In this document: piece after piece, positions 34,761 to 47,574 of the stretch
Layout of the letters: the number at the start of each line of letters is the position of its first letter
Position numbering within the stretch: position 1 is the first letter of the stretch
Source of the DNA: Azolla caroliniana
Lineage: Eukaryota > Plantae > Polypodiophyta
Direction of reading: 5' to 3'
NCBI GenBank assembly: GCA_043228905.1
Contig: JBHGNT010000005.1
Location: 21,886,001 to 21,950,000 of the forward strand
DNA: 64,000 nucleotides
The notes under the pieces: model-generated
The model's database searches: none
The model's input: the letters and a program-made list of their open reading frames with translations, nothing else
What the model was told of the DNA's origin: nothing
Position numbers and translations under genes: made by a program

Positions 34761-36877
34761 TCTCGGTTCTCGCCACCGAGGGACTCGCGATTTCGCTCGT
34801 GGTTCGGTCGCACCGTCAGGAACTGGACCGAATGACGCCCGTCCTGACTCTTGACCCTCGCGTAAGCCGATCCGTTGTCCAACACCTTGGTCTCCATCCG
34901 CGCTGCCGTAATGTACAGTTCTCCTAGTATGACCGGGTGCGAGGACGTCTCCTGCACAAAGAAGTGCTGATCTATCTCGACGTCGCCGATCTTGACTCGC
35001 ACGTTTGTGCAGGCCCCGTGTAGTTCCTCGGTGGTGCGCGTCGCCGCCCGTATCTTCCACCCGTGCTTAGTGTTGATCGGCCATTTCCCCTTCTTGTAGA
35101 AGTCCATGGACATCAGGTTTATTTCAGAACCGTGGTCCACCAGTGCCACCACCGGTTCCTGAACATCTCCGATCTTCACCGGGGTTTCCGTGGTCGCTCG
35201 AGCCCAGTGTGGCCTCGAATAGTGGCTCTCCGCCCACTCGTCTTCCAGCGCCATGTCCTCTATGTGCGCCGTCTGAACTTCCACCGGCCTTTCCGGTTCT
35301 GCCTCTGTTGACAGCCTCTTCCTCTTCACCAAGTTCACGATGGAGTCGTGGAACTCCTTCTTGGCGATTCCGAGCACCTCCCGCAACGACAGTTCCACTT
35401 TGCTGTCGAGGATTCGTTCTTCCAAGACCTTTCGTAGGTCCATGGTCCTTTCGATCTCCGTGCCCAAACGGTATCCGCCCTTCTTGTGGTTATCCCGGGC
35501 ACTGGACTCACCGGCCTCGTTCCGTTTCGGCCTGAATCGGGTTTCGTATCTCTATGAGGGTCCGGCCCCTCCGGTTTTACCTACTTGTTTGTCTTCAACT
35601 AGGGCCTCGTAGTTCTGGCAAGCTGCTTCTACGAAACTCGTCTTTTCTTCGACCGGGTCACTCCACCCGGTTACCCCCTGGACCTGCTTCTCCGCGCGGT
35701 CCGCCTCGTCTTTCTTTAGTCGGGCACCGGCGAGGCCTTCCAGCACCGTCGGCCAGAACCCGACTTTGCTCTCCTTCCGGGCCTCGCTGCCTCCGACCCG
35801 AATACCGGCTGACGCTGAGTAGTGGACGGTCTCCGCGTGCCGGGCCGCCGCCTCTTCCATCAGCCTTTTCATTCCTCCTCGCCCGTCGTTTTGGTTCAGC
35901 GCCCTCCGGGTATCGCTGGCGTGCACCCGACCTTCCCACAAGTACACTACCCGGCTTCTCAAAGCCTCCGCAAAGTCCCCGCAGTCTTTCCGGATGTGGC
36001 CAACCTCGTCGCACCACATGCACCTATTTCTTGCCAGGGGCCGTCGGTCACGAGCCTGTTCGCCACCTTCCCTCCGAGCCTGGGCGATCTGAAGATCCTT
36101 TACCGTCCGTGTAAACTCCTCCAAAGCTGTTCCCCCAGACGAGCCTCTGACCACGCCGGTCGAAGCCGAACCGGTTTCGGGCCACTCCCGGGTCTCTTCC
36201 CTTCGCGCATGCGGTATCGGTTCGAGCTTCCTTGGTGCGACAGGACCCGCCCCGATCGCCCCTGTATCAACCCACTCCCACCGTTTGTCAAAACGGCCGC
36301 AGACTCTTTTTACCGCAGCCCAGTCGGCCGTCAGCCCGTCTTCGGTTTCCAGTAAGGAGCCCACTTGCTCCCGATCCCGTGCGTCAACCGATTTGACAAA
36401 CAGTAGGACACGACTTGTGTCCAGAACGGTCCGATCGAGCGCTGAAAGGCGCGCAAAGCGATCCTCAAACTCCCGGAGGAGCGCCGACGCATTTCTTCCT
36501 TTGTCAGGGGACTCCACCCACTCCATGAAGCCCCGCTTCGAAAGTCGAAGCGCGTCATCCAGCCCATATTTCTCCAGGAGCCGTCCTTCGAACTCCTCCC
36601 AGGTCCGGCTCTCCGCCCGGACCTCGAGCACCTCCACATGGATGGCCGGCATCGCCAGTCGAGGGAATCCGGCAAGACGCCTCTCCTTCGGAATATCCCT
36701 CATCAACATCTCCGCCCGGTAGGACGCCAAATAACTCGTGGCATCCTTTCCACTGAACCGGCCGATCATACCGACGATCGCCTCAATAGCCCTGTCAAGG
36801 GCGCCGGTGCCCTCGCGCGCGCTCATTATCTGGTCCACGGCCGAAGCCATGGCCTCTACAAGATCCGACCCCCTCAT
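34751..36877 (-). pseudogene. Element C gag-protease ORF with one premature stop (35552)
   Basis: Gag has CMWCDEVGHIRKDC. The same frame continues into HWARATTET...ALVDHGSEINLM...ILGELY and ends at GGATTTTTAG, overlapping the pol frame. Confidence 0.88.
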
Positions 36878-37571
36878 CTTCTGCTCCTCTGCCGCCTTGT
36901 TTCACGTTGGGTTCACCAAATATGTCGCGTTGTTACGCGCGTGCGTGGAGAAACGAGGCGGGACCACCGGGGTCTTGAACCGAAGAGCAGGTGATAGGAG
37001 GGGAAAGAGAAAGAGAAAGACGACCGGTAACGTACGAGCAAAGAAACACAGGGACACGGCCCGTCAACGCAGAAAACACGAATGGACACAGAGACGGAGA
37101 GACACGAATGTTTGTATATTAACAAATGACACAAAACAACAGAGCACACGAGCGGTTACAACCGACCAGGCCGGCGAACAGATGCCGATGCCTGTTCGTC
37201 TGCACACGAAAGGGGATAGGATGGAGGTGCTGCCGGAAGCACACGGGTGTTACTCGAAGTAGCACGAGCCTCCCGAAATCCTGCAGAGAAGAGCGATGGA
37301 GAATGAATAGAGGAGAAGCGTTCGGTTACGGTTCGACAACACTTCGTCCTCCTCAATGCGCGATCCCCTTCTCCCCTGCATCTCCCTCTTCTTTATAGTG
37401 TCCAGAAGGGGGCCGTCTCCCTCATTTACTTCCTACCTACCGAATCTAACTACCCAGGATATACCTATATACCTAATCCCCTATTATATACATTAAGGGC
37501 GCGCACGGGCGAAGAGCCGGTTCACGCGCGCTATGCACCGATTGCGCTAAGGGACGGTTTTCTTCACGACA

Positions 37572-40500
37572 ACGTACGCGTATGTGTCTTTGAAGAGTGT
37601 TGGCCACCATAGGTCGGACTAAAGGATCTTGCATGCAGTGGTCTCGTGATTGAAATGACCACTTCCGCCCCCGCAATGAGCTTGTTCGAGGGTGGTGACG
37701 ACATCATGGTCTGTTATACACCTCCGAAGTAGATCGTCATTACCCCAACGGTACAGATTGCCTCGGAGCATCGTGAAGGGGCCACATTTCTTTAGCAAGG
37801 CACGCGCGTGTGTTCATGGTAGTTGTTTTAGGAAGGACGCTCCTTCGGTTAGGACGCGAACTATGTTTGATGCCCATGCTGGTATGGTATCCATCGCAAA
37901 TAATGTTGCATCTAATGTTTCATCATCGACCCCAGTGGCTTCTTCTCCGTTGGGAATCCGGGAGAAATGATCGGCGAGTACATGGTCTTTCCCTTTTCTC
38001 ACTACTACCTTGAAGTCGAATTCGAGTAACGTTCCAATCCATCGTGAGATGCGTCCAGTGGCATGAGTTTTGTTTACTAAGTAAAGTAGGGCCTGATGGT
38101 CTACAAAAAACGAAAACCGGGACGCCAACAGGTAGTGGCGGAATTTCTTTACGCTGTAGACCATGGCCAAAGCCTCCCGTTCCGTCGTGGAGTAATTTCG
38201 TTCCGCAGCATTTAGCTGGCGACTAGCGAAGGTGACCGGTAGGTCGAGTGCCCCTTCACCGGGTTGGGCTAGCACTGCACCAATCGCGAAGGCGGAAGCG
38301 TCGGTGTGCACGTGGAATTCTTTGGTCCAGTCGGGAGGCCGGAGGATGGGAGCCTTAGTTAGGCACTCTTTCAAGAGTTTGAAGGAGCGTGTGCATTCCT
38401 CTGTACATACGAACTGCTTTAATAGGGAGTAGAGTGGTCTAGCCTTGTCCGCGAACATCTTAATGAAGCGTCTATAGTAACCCGCATATCCCATGAACCC
38501 TTGTAGTTGTTTCTCGTTCGTGGGGGGTGGCATGTCGAGGATGAATTTTACTTTTGCCTCGTCGGTCGAGATCCCGTGGCGGGACACGACGTGTCCTAAT
38601 ATTATTCCGTGCTTGACCTAGAACTGACACTTGAGCGGGTTGAGAGAGAGTTGATAGGTTCTGCATTTTTCGAACGTCAAACGGAGTAGCCCCAAGTGGT
38701 CATGCCATTTCGAATTGCAACATAAGTCGTCAACATAAGACTCCACCCCTTGGCGCAACCTTGCAGCAAAGATATGGTTTGCTACTCTTTGGTAGGTGCT
38801 CAAGGCGCTCGTGAGTCCGAAAGGCATCTGTTTATACGCGAACGTACCAAATTCCGTGGCGAAAGTGGTCTTGTGTTGATCCTCAGGGACCACCGAGATT
38901 TGGTTGTACCCGGAGAACCCGTCGATGAAGCTATACGCTTCCGCTCCCGCGGTTCTTTCAAGTAAATGTTCGATGTAGGGTACCGGGTAATTGTCCTTGA
39001 TAGTGGCTTCGTTAACTTGGCGGTAGTCTACACATATGCGGATCTGACCGTTTTTCTTTGGGACGACCACAATTGGGGAGACCCAAGTAGTTCGTTCGAT
39101 TGGGTAGATAATGCCTGCGGCTAACATTTTGTTGATTTCGGCTTTCACTTGTTGGGCGTAGTTAGGATTCATTGGACGTGGCCTTTGCCGGATTGGGCGG
39201 GCGTCGGCTCGCATGGGGATACTATGTGTGACGACCTCGGCTGGGACTCCCTTCATGTCGACGTACGACCATGCAAACACGTCGCTAAATTCCGTGAGGA
39301 GAGTGATCAAGGATGCCTCCTCGTCCGGTTGGAGATCTGTAGCTATGAACACCGGTTTAGAGTCTGCCCCTTTCCCAAGGTTGATTTCTTTCACCTTTGC
39401 TGGTCCATCGTAGACTTCTGGTAGGCCTTGGGGGTTGCGTTGCGGTCTCTTACAAGCCACTGCCCTACTCCCTTGTTCATAGAGTTTGAAATGCTCTGGG
39501 AAGTCCGTTTCCGTCACCGCCTCTTGAGTGGTCGTGACGTCACCTGGACGTGTGACTCGTTGTGCCCGTTCTTCGTCCTCTACGTCTACGTCTTTTCGCC
39601 GGGGACCTAGGGTGGTGACGTTGAAGCACGAGATTGTCTCTCCGTTCTCGTCGCAAAACTTTGTACCTATAGGATACATTGCGTCGGTTGTGGCGAGAGC
39701 GTGCACCCAATTCATTTCTGACGTCTCGGAGGTGACAGATTGGTCGTCTCTCTCACGTGCGTTCTCCTCTTTGGAAGTGGTGGGGCTTTGAGGAAAGTGT
39801 TGGACTCTGGTCAAGAGTTGAACTGTCTTCGCGGGGTTGCAGGCTAGGAGGTTGGTCTCGAACTCAGTGGTTTCTGACCAATCGTCTACGAGAGGGTTGC
39901 CTTCTTGTTCGTGCACTTTTTGTGTGTACGCTTTGATGCGAAAGGTTTTGTTGTCCTTTCGCATATAGATTATATCGTTCCCAAAATCCATGACCGGGCG
40001 GCTTATACGTAGGAATGGTCTTCCTAGTAAGAACTCGTAGGCTACATGGTTGGATGATCTTGTGACGACGAAGGTGAGATTGAACTCCACTCCGTGTATA
40101 GTGAAGTGATGCGAAGGAATCATGCCTTCCAGTCTTTGGATGGACCCGTCTGCCATTCGTAGTTTGACCTCGGAAGGCATCATTTTTGGGCTCCCCCACT
40201 TGCACCAACATTCGTAACTGATGATACTTACCCCTGCTCCGGTGTCGATGATGGTATCACACGTCTTACCATTGACACAGACTGGTAGAGTGAAACTAGT
40301 GTCGTCGCTCTCGAAGTGGGCTTCGTGGACATCGACTGGCGGTCCTTCGGGTTGTTTGAGGACTGTGGACGTGCGAGGAGTGTGGGCGTGTATCCCTTCA
40401 CCATATCCCGCCGATAGGCCACCATTGAGGCGTCGGAGGACGTCATGCCACGGTTGAACGTCGAGTTCGTGTAGTTCTTCGAGCGTGAACTCTATTTCTT

Positions 40501-43075
40501 TGGCGAGTAGTGGTCGTAGCAGGGGGTTGTCAATGGTGAAGGTGCCAATGTAACTCTGCACTTCGCGTAATGTGAGTCGCAATCTTAAATTTAAGATTTT
40601 TTGGAGTAGAGTTGTGTTGACCTCTTTGATCGAGGTAGGATGGCAAACGGGGGTGTCGGTTGGTGTGACGAAGGGGGGAGGTGAGGGGTTTACCCATTCT
40701 TCTAGTTGCTCGAAGTTTAAGCTGGGGAGGCTAAGTGATTTTTCAAACTGTTCGTGGTGTATGAGTTTGATGTATTCTTCTACTTTTTGTTTCTCAGCTA
40801 CTGGATTTGGGTATGCCGCTAGGTGTGCCGATAATTCTTGATTCGGATTGACGGGTAATGTTTCCGTGTCTCCCTCCGGTTCTTGATCTTGTTTTGAGGT
40901 CTGCGTGGAATTATTCTTCCTAGATTTGCGTCTCTTATGTGCGGTCACGGGGAGACCTTGATCTTGGTATTTTAAATTGTGCGCTACTCGTTGGGCTCGT
41001 GTGATGACATTGGCACCGATCGTGGATGGCACAATGGACAATAGATTTGTGCCGACCCTTTTCTTCTTTTCCGGGCAATCAGGTACTAGGTGTTCTTTAC
41101 CGCACCCTGGGCATGATGCTTCTCTTTGGAACCATTCGATGAGGTCTTGTGACTGTTGGGTGGGCCCTTGCGCCAATGGTTGTGAGGGCGTGTCGAGTGG
41201 GAGGTGTCGTGGTCGTTGGGCCATCCGGTTGTAGTACTCATGTTTGGTTGGGCACTCGCTAACCATATGCGGGCCTTGGCAGTTGAAGCATTTCAATTCT
41301 GACCTCCTCAGACCATTGTTGTTGCGGTATCCCATAGGGGGTCCACGTTGTTCCCCTCTCAGGACGTACACTGGTATTTGGTCGCCTTCAAAATCCACGA
41401 AATGGGATAACACCTCTTCTTCAATGCCATATTCCTTGTACGGGTTTTCATATTCGGGGGTTCTCATTCCGACCTGGGTTTGGTTATCTGTGGTATACTC
41501 TAGTTCAACGAGGCGGGCACCGATGCGCGGTAGTGGGGGTTGTTGAGGGAGTATCGCTGGTAGTGGTGGGAGGCTAAGTGGTGGGGGGGAGCGTGGGTGT
41601 TCCACCATTGGCGTTTGGCCGTACCTTCCAGTGGGGGCTTGCCAACAGTTCTCTTGCGTATGCATTACGAAAGCTTTGCACCACTTACAGTATTGCGGCC
41701 GTCGTTGATGAAGGAGGGGACACTCATGTCTCGTGTGGTGTCCATGACATACCGTGCACCTTACATTTTCTCGTTGGGCGTATGCTTGGGGTCTTTCTAT
41801 ACGGGGTGTTCGCGGTGGTGTGGGTAGAGCAGGGGTGGGGTCGGAGGATTTCTCGCGGTTGTTCGTGGGTGCGTGAGTGGGTATGTGTAATCCACTCATC
41901 GAATCTTCAAAGGTCATCACTACTGTGCAGGCTTCAGTAAACGATCGACACATCCGAGCAATCAGGAAATTTTGGAGTGTCGTATCAAACAACCCATTAA
42001 TGAAACGGCTCATCAACTTGTCATCTAAGATCTTGTCGTTCGGACTACAACGATGATGCAAGCTTTTTGTGCGACGTATGTAGTCCCTGACCGTTTCGTT
42101 TGCTTCTTGTTTGAGGTCGAAAAGTTGGTCAATCGGGTTCCATTTATTCCCTCGACGAGCGAAGTTTATCAAGAAATCCTCGATGACGTACTCGAAATCG
42201 GCAGCGATGTCTTCATTCAAGGTTCGAAACCAGATGCCGGCTTGGTCGTCAAGTGTGAGTCCAAACGCAGCTACCTTGGTGATCTCTGTGAGGGGTTCGT
42301 AAGCGCGGCAAATCTGTTTGAACCTCTCGACATGGTCATAGGCATCGCCGAAACCGAGGAAACGGGGTACTAGTTTAGAAATGGAAGCACTCTTCCCACT
42401 GTCATTTGTGAGGTTTCTCAGATGGTCTATGGGTGCTCGCTCTTTTTCCATCAATGCTACAAGAGTTTGTATGGATTGTAGTGCGAGTGCGAGTTCGGCG
42501 TTTGGAGGTGTAGGTGTAGGTTGGTCAGGTGTAGGGATTGTGCCCATGCATGGTGGTGCTGGGTGTCGTTGTGCGCGGGTTTTGTTCGGGCTATCGCCCG
42601 TTGTGCTCGAACGCGGTACGGGGCTGTGCTCCTGACTTCGGTGGTGTATGTGCGACAATGTTTCTAGGCGGTGAAGTTTTTGTTGCACTCGTGTGAATCT
42701 ATCCTTCCTTTCGGCCAAAGCAGCTTCGATATCTCGAGTGGTGCTTTCCGGTTGTCCTCCTTTCGCAAGTTGTACCGTCCATAGATTGATTTCGTGTTCT
42801 ATCACTCGTAACTCTTGCGCTGCGTCTCGTATATGTCGTTCTACACTGAGTGGGTCTGCCATTGGGCTCTCCTGTAGTGGGGGTGTGTTGAGAAGTGCTT
42901 TAGGTCCTGGGCTCGATGGGAGGTTCATGTTTGGTAGTATCCCCGGAGTTAGCCACCTTCCGTGGTACTGAGTCGGGTTAGGCGGGCCAACATCGTGGGT
43001 TTGGTCGGTTTGCGTGGACTCTTCCAGGCGTGCAGGTCGGGTTTTGAACATTTCTGTCCATGAGGATCCGGCCAT
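37572..43075 (-). pseudogene. Gypsy A gag-pol (gag, four Zn knuckles, protease, RT, RNase H, start of integrase), single frame with a few premature stops
   Basis: IIDTGAG, RICVDYR, DGFSGYNQI, YVDD, HTDASAFAIGAVL, NYSTTEREALA, DHQAL. The TAG at 38618 is in a W-codon context and the frame continues at 38587. Confidence 0.95.
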
Positions 43076-43116
43076 GTTTTCTGGTCAAGTTTTTATTTTT
43101 TATTTTTTTTTTATAG

Positions 43117-43370
43117 GTTCGTCGAAGGGTGAATCTTTGTCGCAGGTTGAATCTTCGTCGGAGGTTGAAGCTTCGTCGCAGGTTGAAGCTTCGTCGTAGG
43201 TTGAAGATTCGTCTCAAAGGATTAATGTTCGTCGGAGGTTAAATGTTCGTCGAAGGATGAATCTTCGTCGGAGGTTGAACCTTCGTCGAATCTTCGTCGA
43301 AGGATGAATCTTCGTCGGAGGTTGAACCTTCGTCGAAGGATGAATCTTCGTCGAAGGTTGAATCTTCGAC
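43117..43370. repeat. 18-bp tandem array in the Gypsy A 5' leader
   Basis: Repeated TTCGTCG(G/A)AGG(T/A)TGAA(T/C/G)C. Confidence 0.92.
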
Positions 43371-43514
43371 GAGCTTTGCGTGGGAAATTCAAACTTTTTT
43401 GCGCCAACGGTCGCTTTGTGACCCGTGGAGTGATCGTAAGCTGCGAGACTCGCGGTGATTATGCTTGCCCCGTAACGGCCTAAACCTCCACAATGTTTAA
43501 TGTTAACCGAGCGA

Positions 43515-43693
43515 AAAAACAGAAAATGGGACTTAATTAAACTATGAAATGATGAAAAAACAGAAAATGGGACTTAATTAAACTATGAATTAGTGAAAAA
43601 AACACAAAATCAACTTAATTAAACTATGAAATAGTGAGAAAAACAGAAAATCAACTTAATTAAACTATGAAATAGTAAGAAAAACAGAAAATA
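43515..43693. repeat. ~42-bp tandem array (~4.3 copies) in the Gypsy A 5' leader
   Basis: Repeated AAAAAACAGAAAAT...ACTTAATTAAACTATGAA.TAGT. Confidence 0.92.
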
Positions 43694-43803
43694 GTGGTTC
43701 TCTTTTGCTTTCTTCCTTCGTTAAGTGGGTTGCCTTCGAGTTTTCGACTACTCGAAATAGGCTTCAAGCGTCGGTTGTATCCCCGGCAGCAGTGCCAAAT
43801 AGA

Positions 43804-44372
43804 TGTTAAGGATCTATGTATCGATGGAGTAAGCTCCTCGATGTCGTGCGAGATTCGGACCGGCGTATACCCTCTTGATGGTGAATCGGGTGGAGATGGT
43901 TGTCGGATACCTCCGAGCCTCACACTCACTCAATGATTAGTAAATGATTAAGCACGATATCTCTCTCACTCTCTCAAGCTCTCTCTCTCATAAACAATAG
44001 ATCAATAGTATAGACAATAAGAAGCAAGAGTATGTCTATTATTAACCCTCTTTGCTAAGAGGTCTAGCACCAACAAGGGGAGAGATTAGTGTTCTCTAAC
44101 TGAACACTTCACTAATCTCTCTTAAGCTCAAAGGTTTACAAGAAAGAGGAGAGGAAGCTCTAGCTCTAATCAATAGGAGATCTTTACAAATGGGAGAACC
44201 CCCACAAAGCCACTACTATGTGGTTTATATAGCTTTCACGTTTAGGGTATGGGCCTTTCACATTTGGCCGTCTCTTTGCTTTCCTTTCCTCTTGCCGTTT
44301 CCTCTTTGTACTACGTCCTTGTTGATGCGTTCTTATTCGTGACTGGTTGTGTTGTTATCCCAACGCTTAACA
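43804..44372 (-). repeat. 5' LTR of Gypsy A
   Basis: Direct repeat of 17316-17884, with the PBS adjacent. Confidence 0.96.
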
Positions 44373-44716
44373 GATGCTAGAATTCAAAATTGGAATATTG
44401 CATTGCAACGGTTAACCCAAAATGTTGGCCCCAATATGTCAAGGAAAAAATGCTAGAACATATCCAATCGCATCTCACTACTCCCATGACCCTTGGCCAT
44501 GTATTATGTGACAATGTTGTATTTTTCATCTCATAGGTCAGATATAACCTCAAAAGATGATAGTAAAATCTTTCTCTCTCTCTCTCTCTCTAATTATAAA
44601 AGTCAAATTACGATAACATATGGACTATGATATCCCTCATGGCATCCCGCATCTCTACCTAGATGCATCCTTCGTTATGGGGCTTTATAGTTCCAAGTGA
44701 TAAGGACTTCTCACTC

Positions 44717-45330
44717 TAGTGAAAATACACAATTATATTAAAAAACCAGTGTAAAAAACACTTCAACGGTATCCCAATTGAGTGTGGTCACCATTACAAG
44801 GGTAGTGGGACATGTTGAATTGCTAATAGGCAAATACTCCATCGTGGAAATAATTTCCTTCTTACTCCAATAAAGAAAATTGTTATACTAGTACCCCCTT
44901 CAACTATTGTTATTATTGCCATATTTTGTAGATATGCTTTGACTCCATGCCTACCATAAAATGCAAAAGCATTACGTATTTGCCAATTATGACATAATGT
45001 CCAATATCTCAAATGATCTCCATCTCTAATTTCCAGTCAACTTGTGTGAATTTTGCAAATATCCACAATCTTAATGTAAAATAACACAACAAAACTTGCC
45101 AAAGCTGAGAAATGTAATTCCAAACCCGATAAGCAATCAAATGTTGTTTGAAACAACGAGTACTATCTTCCAATTGAACAATGCGAAAGAAGGAATGGCT
45201 AGTCGTTACTCCACATCACTTTAGAGTTAATTGCAAAAAGTGAACCCCCAATCAACACTCTCCAAATGAAAACCTTTGTTACAAGTAGCAATTTAGAATG
45301 TCAACTACGTTTCAAGATATGCCACCATTC
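44717..45330 (-). mobile_element. Decayed L1-type LINE 3' fragment
   Basis: Colinear with 63427-64000 (shared GTGAAAA.ACACAATTATATTAA, GGGTAGTGG.ACATGTTGAATTGC, GAGTA.TATCTTC), which encodes a zf-RVT-like motif. Confidence 0.7.
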
Positions 45331-47574
45331 GTAATTAGAGCTATGTACCTTCCATTCTTGTTCAACCTTCAAAGAGACTCAATGGTGCAATGACACAAGA
45401 TATTAAAAGTCAATTGTAAAAAACGATGCCTGATCTATACACTGCTCTCTACTAACTAGTGGTGTCCATACAAACAAGGAGAGCTCTTCATGCCATGAGA
45501 CAACCACGTGTTGAAAGTATGAAGAACGGGGAATTTTAAGTTGAATCCTTATGTTAATTAATTATCACCATTAGCCTTAATCATTATCCTCCTTGTCGAA
45601 TATCGGTGTATAATGGCCATGTTTACATTGTTCCACTTGGATAGACTAGGTTTAGGACAATTATGTAAATATGTCAAGGGCAATTGCCCTAGCCCAATTA
45701 GTATATAACTAGCTTTGTAACCTAGTTCATGGTGTGGATGTTTGTGTCATTCTTGTATTGCAACGTTTGGAATAAGACTATTGTAACATTGTGTGCCTCT
45801 TTGTCTCCCTCTCCCTCTCTCTCTCTCACATTATGTCTCTTTGATCTTGATCTTTGTTAAGTTGCCTTGCTAATCTTTGCCATCAATTTGGTGATCTTCG
45901 TCACATAATGTTGTTTACATTCCGCACTGATGGCCTAAGTCTCCAACATCTGGTATTAGAGCTTGGTTTTGATTCGGTGGACAATCATCACTTTGTCTTC
46001 AACAACACTCTTGCTTTCACCCCTGCAAGACTCCACAATTGATTCTTGTTGATTGAACATATTCTAAGATTTCAGTCAAATTGAAATCTTCTAGATGGAA
46101 ACCATCAAGGTCTCATCTTGAAAAGAGGAAGACACATGCAAATTTGCACTTCATTGAGTTAAATCATCTATAAAGTAAGCTCGCATGTTGTACTTTGCTC
46201 CAATGATTGTAACCGCTTGAAGTGGGATCTCCATCTTGTCAACACCATTCGTGTTCCATTCGATTGAGCGGTATTCAAACAGATCAGTCGACGTTGTCTA
46301 GTTCCCTGTTGCAGCTACTCAAAACAGGATCGGCATAAGAAATGACATAGTGAGATCGGCTAGCAAATCAACATCAGGAATCAAATCTACAATAATCATG
46401 CTCATTTCGGCTAGGCAATATTTGGGAAGACCAGTCGGCTTTGTCCCTCCACTTTCCATAGCCACCTCGAGTAGGTTCGGCATGCATTGTCATCTTGATT
46501 CAAATCAACGTTTGTGATTAATCGGCAAATTTGGGTCCAAGTCGGCTAGGGACGAACTCGGCCATAGCCACTTCGGAAAGAACACGCCAACAGTCAAAAC
46601 TGCTCCAACTCGTGTTCAAATTAAGCTAAAACAAATTTAGGTGAGGCAACTAGCTACACTTTCTAACCGTTTGTAGCCAACTCAGAACAGAGCTTACCGG
46701 CCAACACAGATGGCCTCAACATCCGGCTCATAAGAGATGAGCCTAAGGAAGTTCGGCGGATCAAACTTCAACTTCTGGAAGGAGCATATGCACGACTACC
46801 GGATCGTGAAGGGTTAGATTGACCCAATTGAAACCGAAAATGCTTCAGACAAATATAAGCCAAATGAGTGGACGAAGTTGGATCGAATTGTTTGTGCCAC
46901 CATTCAGATGCATCTATCTAAATCTATGTATTACATGGTACAGTAGTATACAACAACTTTCGAACTATGGAAAATGTCGTCGGACACCTACAAGAAGAAG
47001 GTAGTCACAACCAAGATATATTTGATCCAATGCTTCTACAATCTTTCGATGAAAGAGTCTAATTTGGTCCAGGCACACATCAATGAGTACGAAAGTCTAA
47101 ACTCCCAAATTTCGCTCAGGGGACGAATATCGAAGACGAATTGAAAGAATTGTTGCTAATGAGTAGTCTCCCCCCTTCGTGGGAAACTTTTGTCAGAACT
47201 ATGTGCATTGCATCGATTGCTGCTGTGAAGTACTCCGAAGTCACAAGCTTAAATTTGACTAAGGTAGCTCGGAGAAAATCATTTGAACATGAGTCGACCA
47301 ACGACACCTACATTGTACAAGTTTCGGTTGACAAACTGAATAGCCAAGGAAGAAGTTCTTCCTGACAACCGACTAAGCTCGAAGCCAAAGCAAGTCTCGG
47401 GATAATCAAACCCGCAACTATTGCAAGAAACCCGGGCATATCAAGGCATATTGCAACACCCTCAAAGCCAGGAACGATAGTTCTTAGAGAGCGGATCACA
47501 AGGACAACCTACAAGAGGAGATCAACTACGTCGGCTCATGAGCCGAAGTTTTGACCAACGACCCGAATGTCCTA

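Larger units (their letters stand above)
30125..37571 (-). mobile_element. GC-rich Ty3/Gypsy LTR retrotransposon C nested in the integrase zinc finger of Gypsy A
   Basis: LTRs TGTCG...CGACA at 30125-30772 and 36923-37571 (18 substitutions and 1 indel by eye). 4-bp TSD ACGT. PBS TGGTGAACCCAACGTGAA at 36901-36918 (tRNA-Trp-like). PPT GGGGGCGGA next to the 3' LTR. Confidence 0.95.
17316..44372 (-). mobile_element. Ty3/Gypsy LTR retrotransposon A (non-chromovirus, Athila-like PBS), 27 kb including two nested elements
   Basis: 569-bp LTRs TGTTAA...TTAACA at 17316-17884 and 43804-44372 (12 substitutions by eye). TSD GATGC at 17311-17315 and 44373-44377. PPT GGGGGAGA at 17885-17892. PBS TGGCACTGCTGCCGGGG at 43781-43797. 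Domain order gag-PR-RT-RH-INT. Confidence 0.96.
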
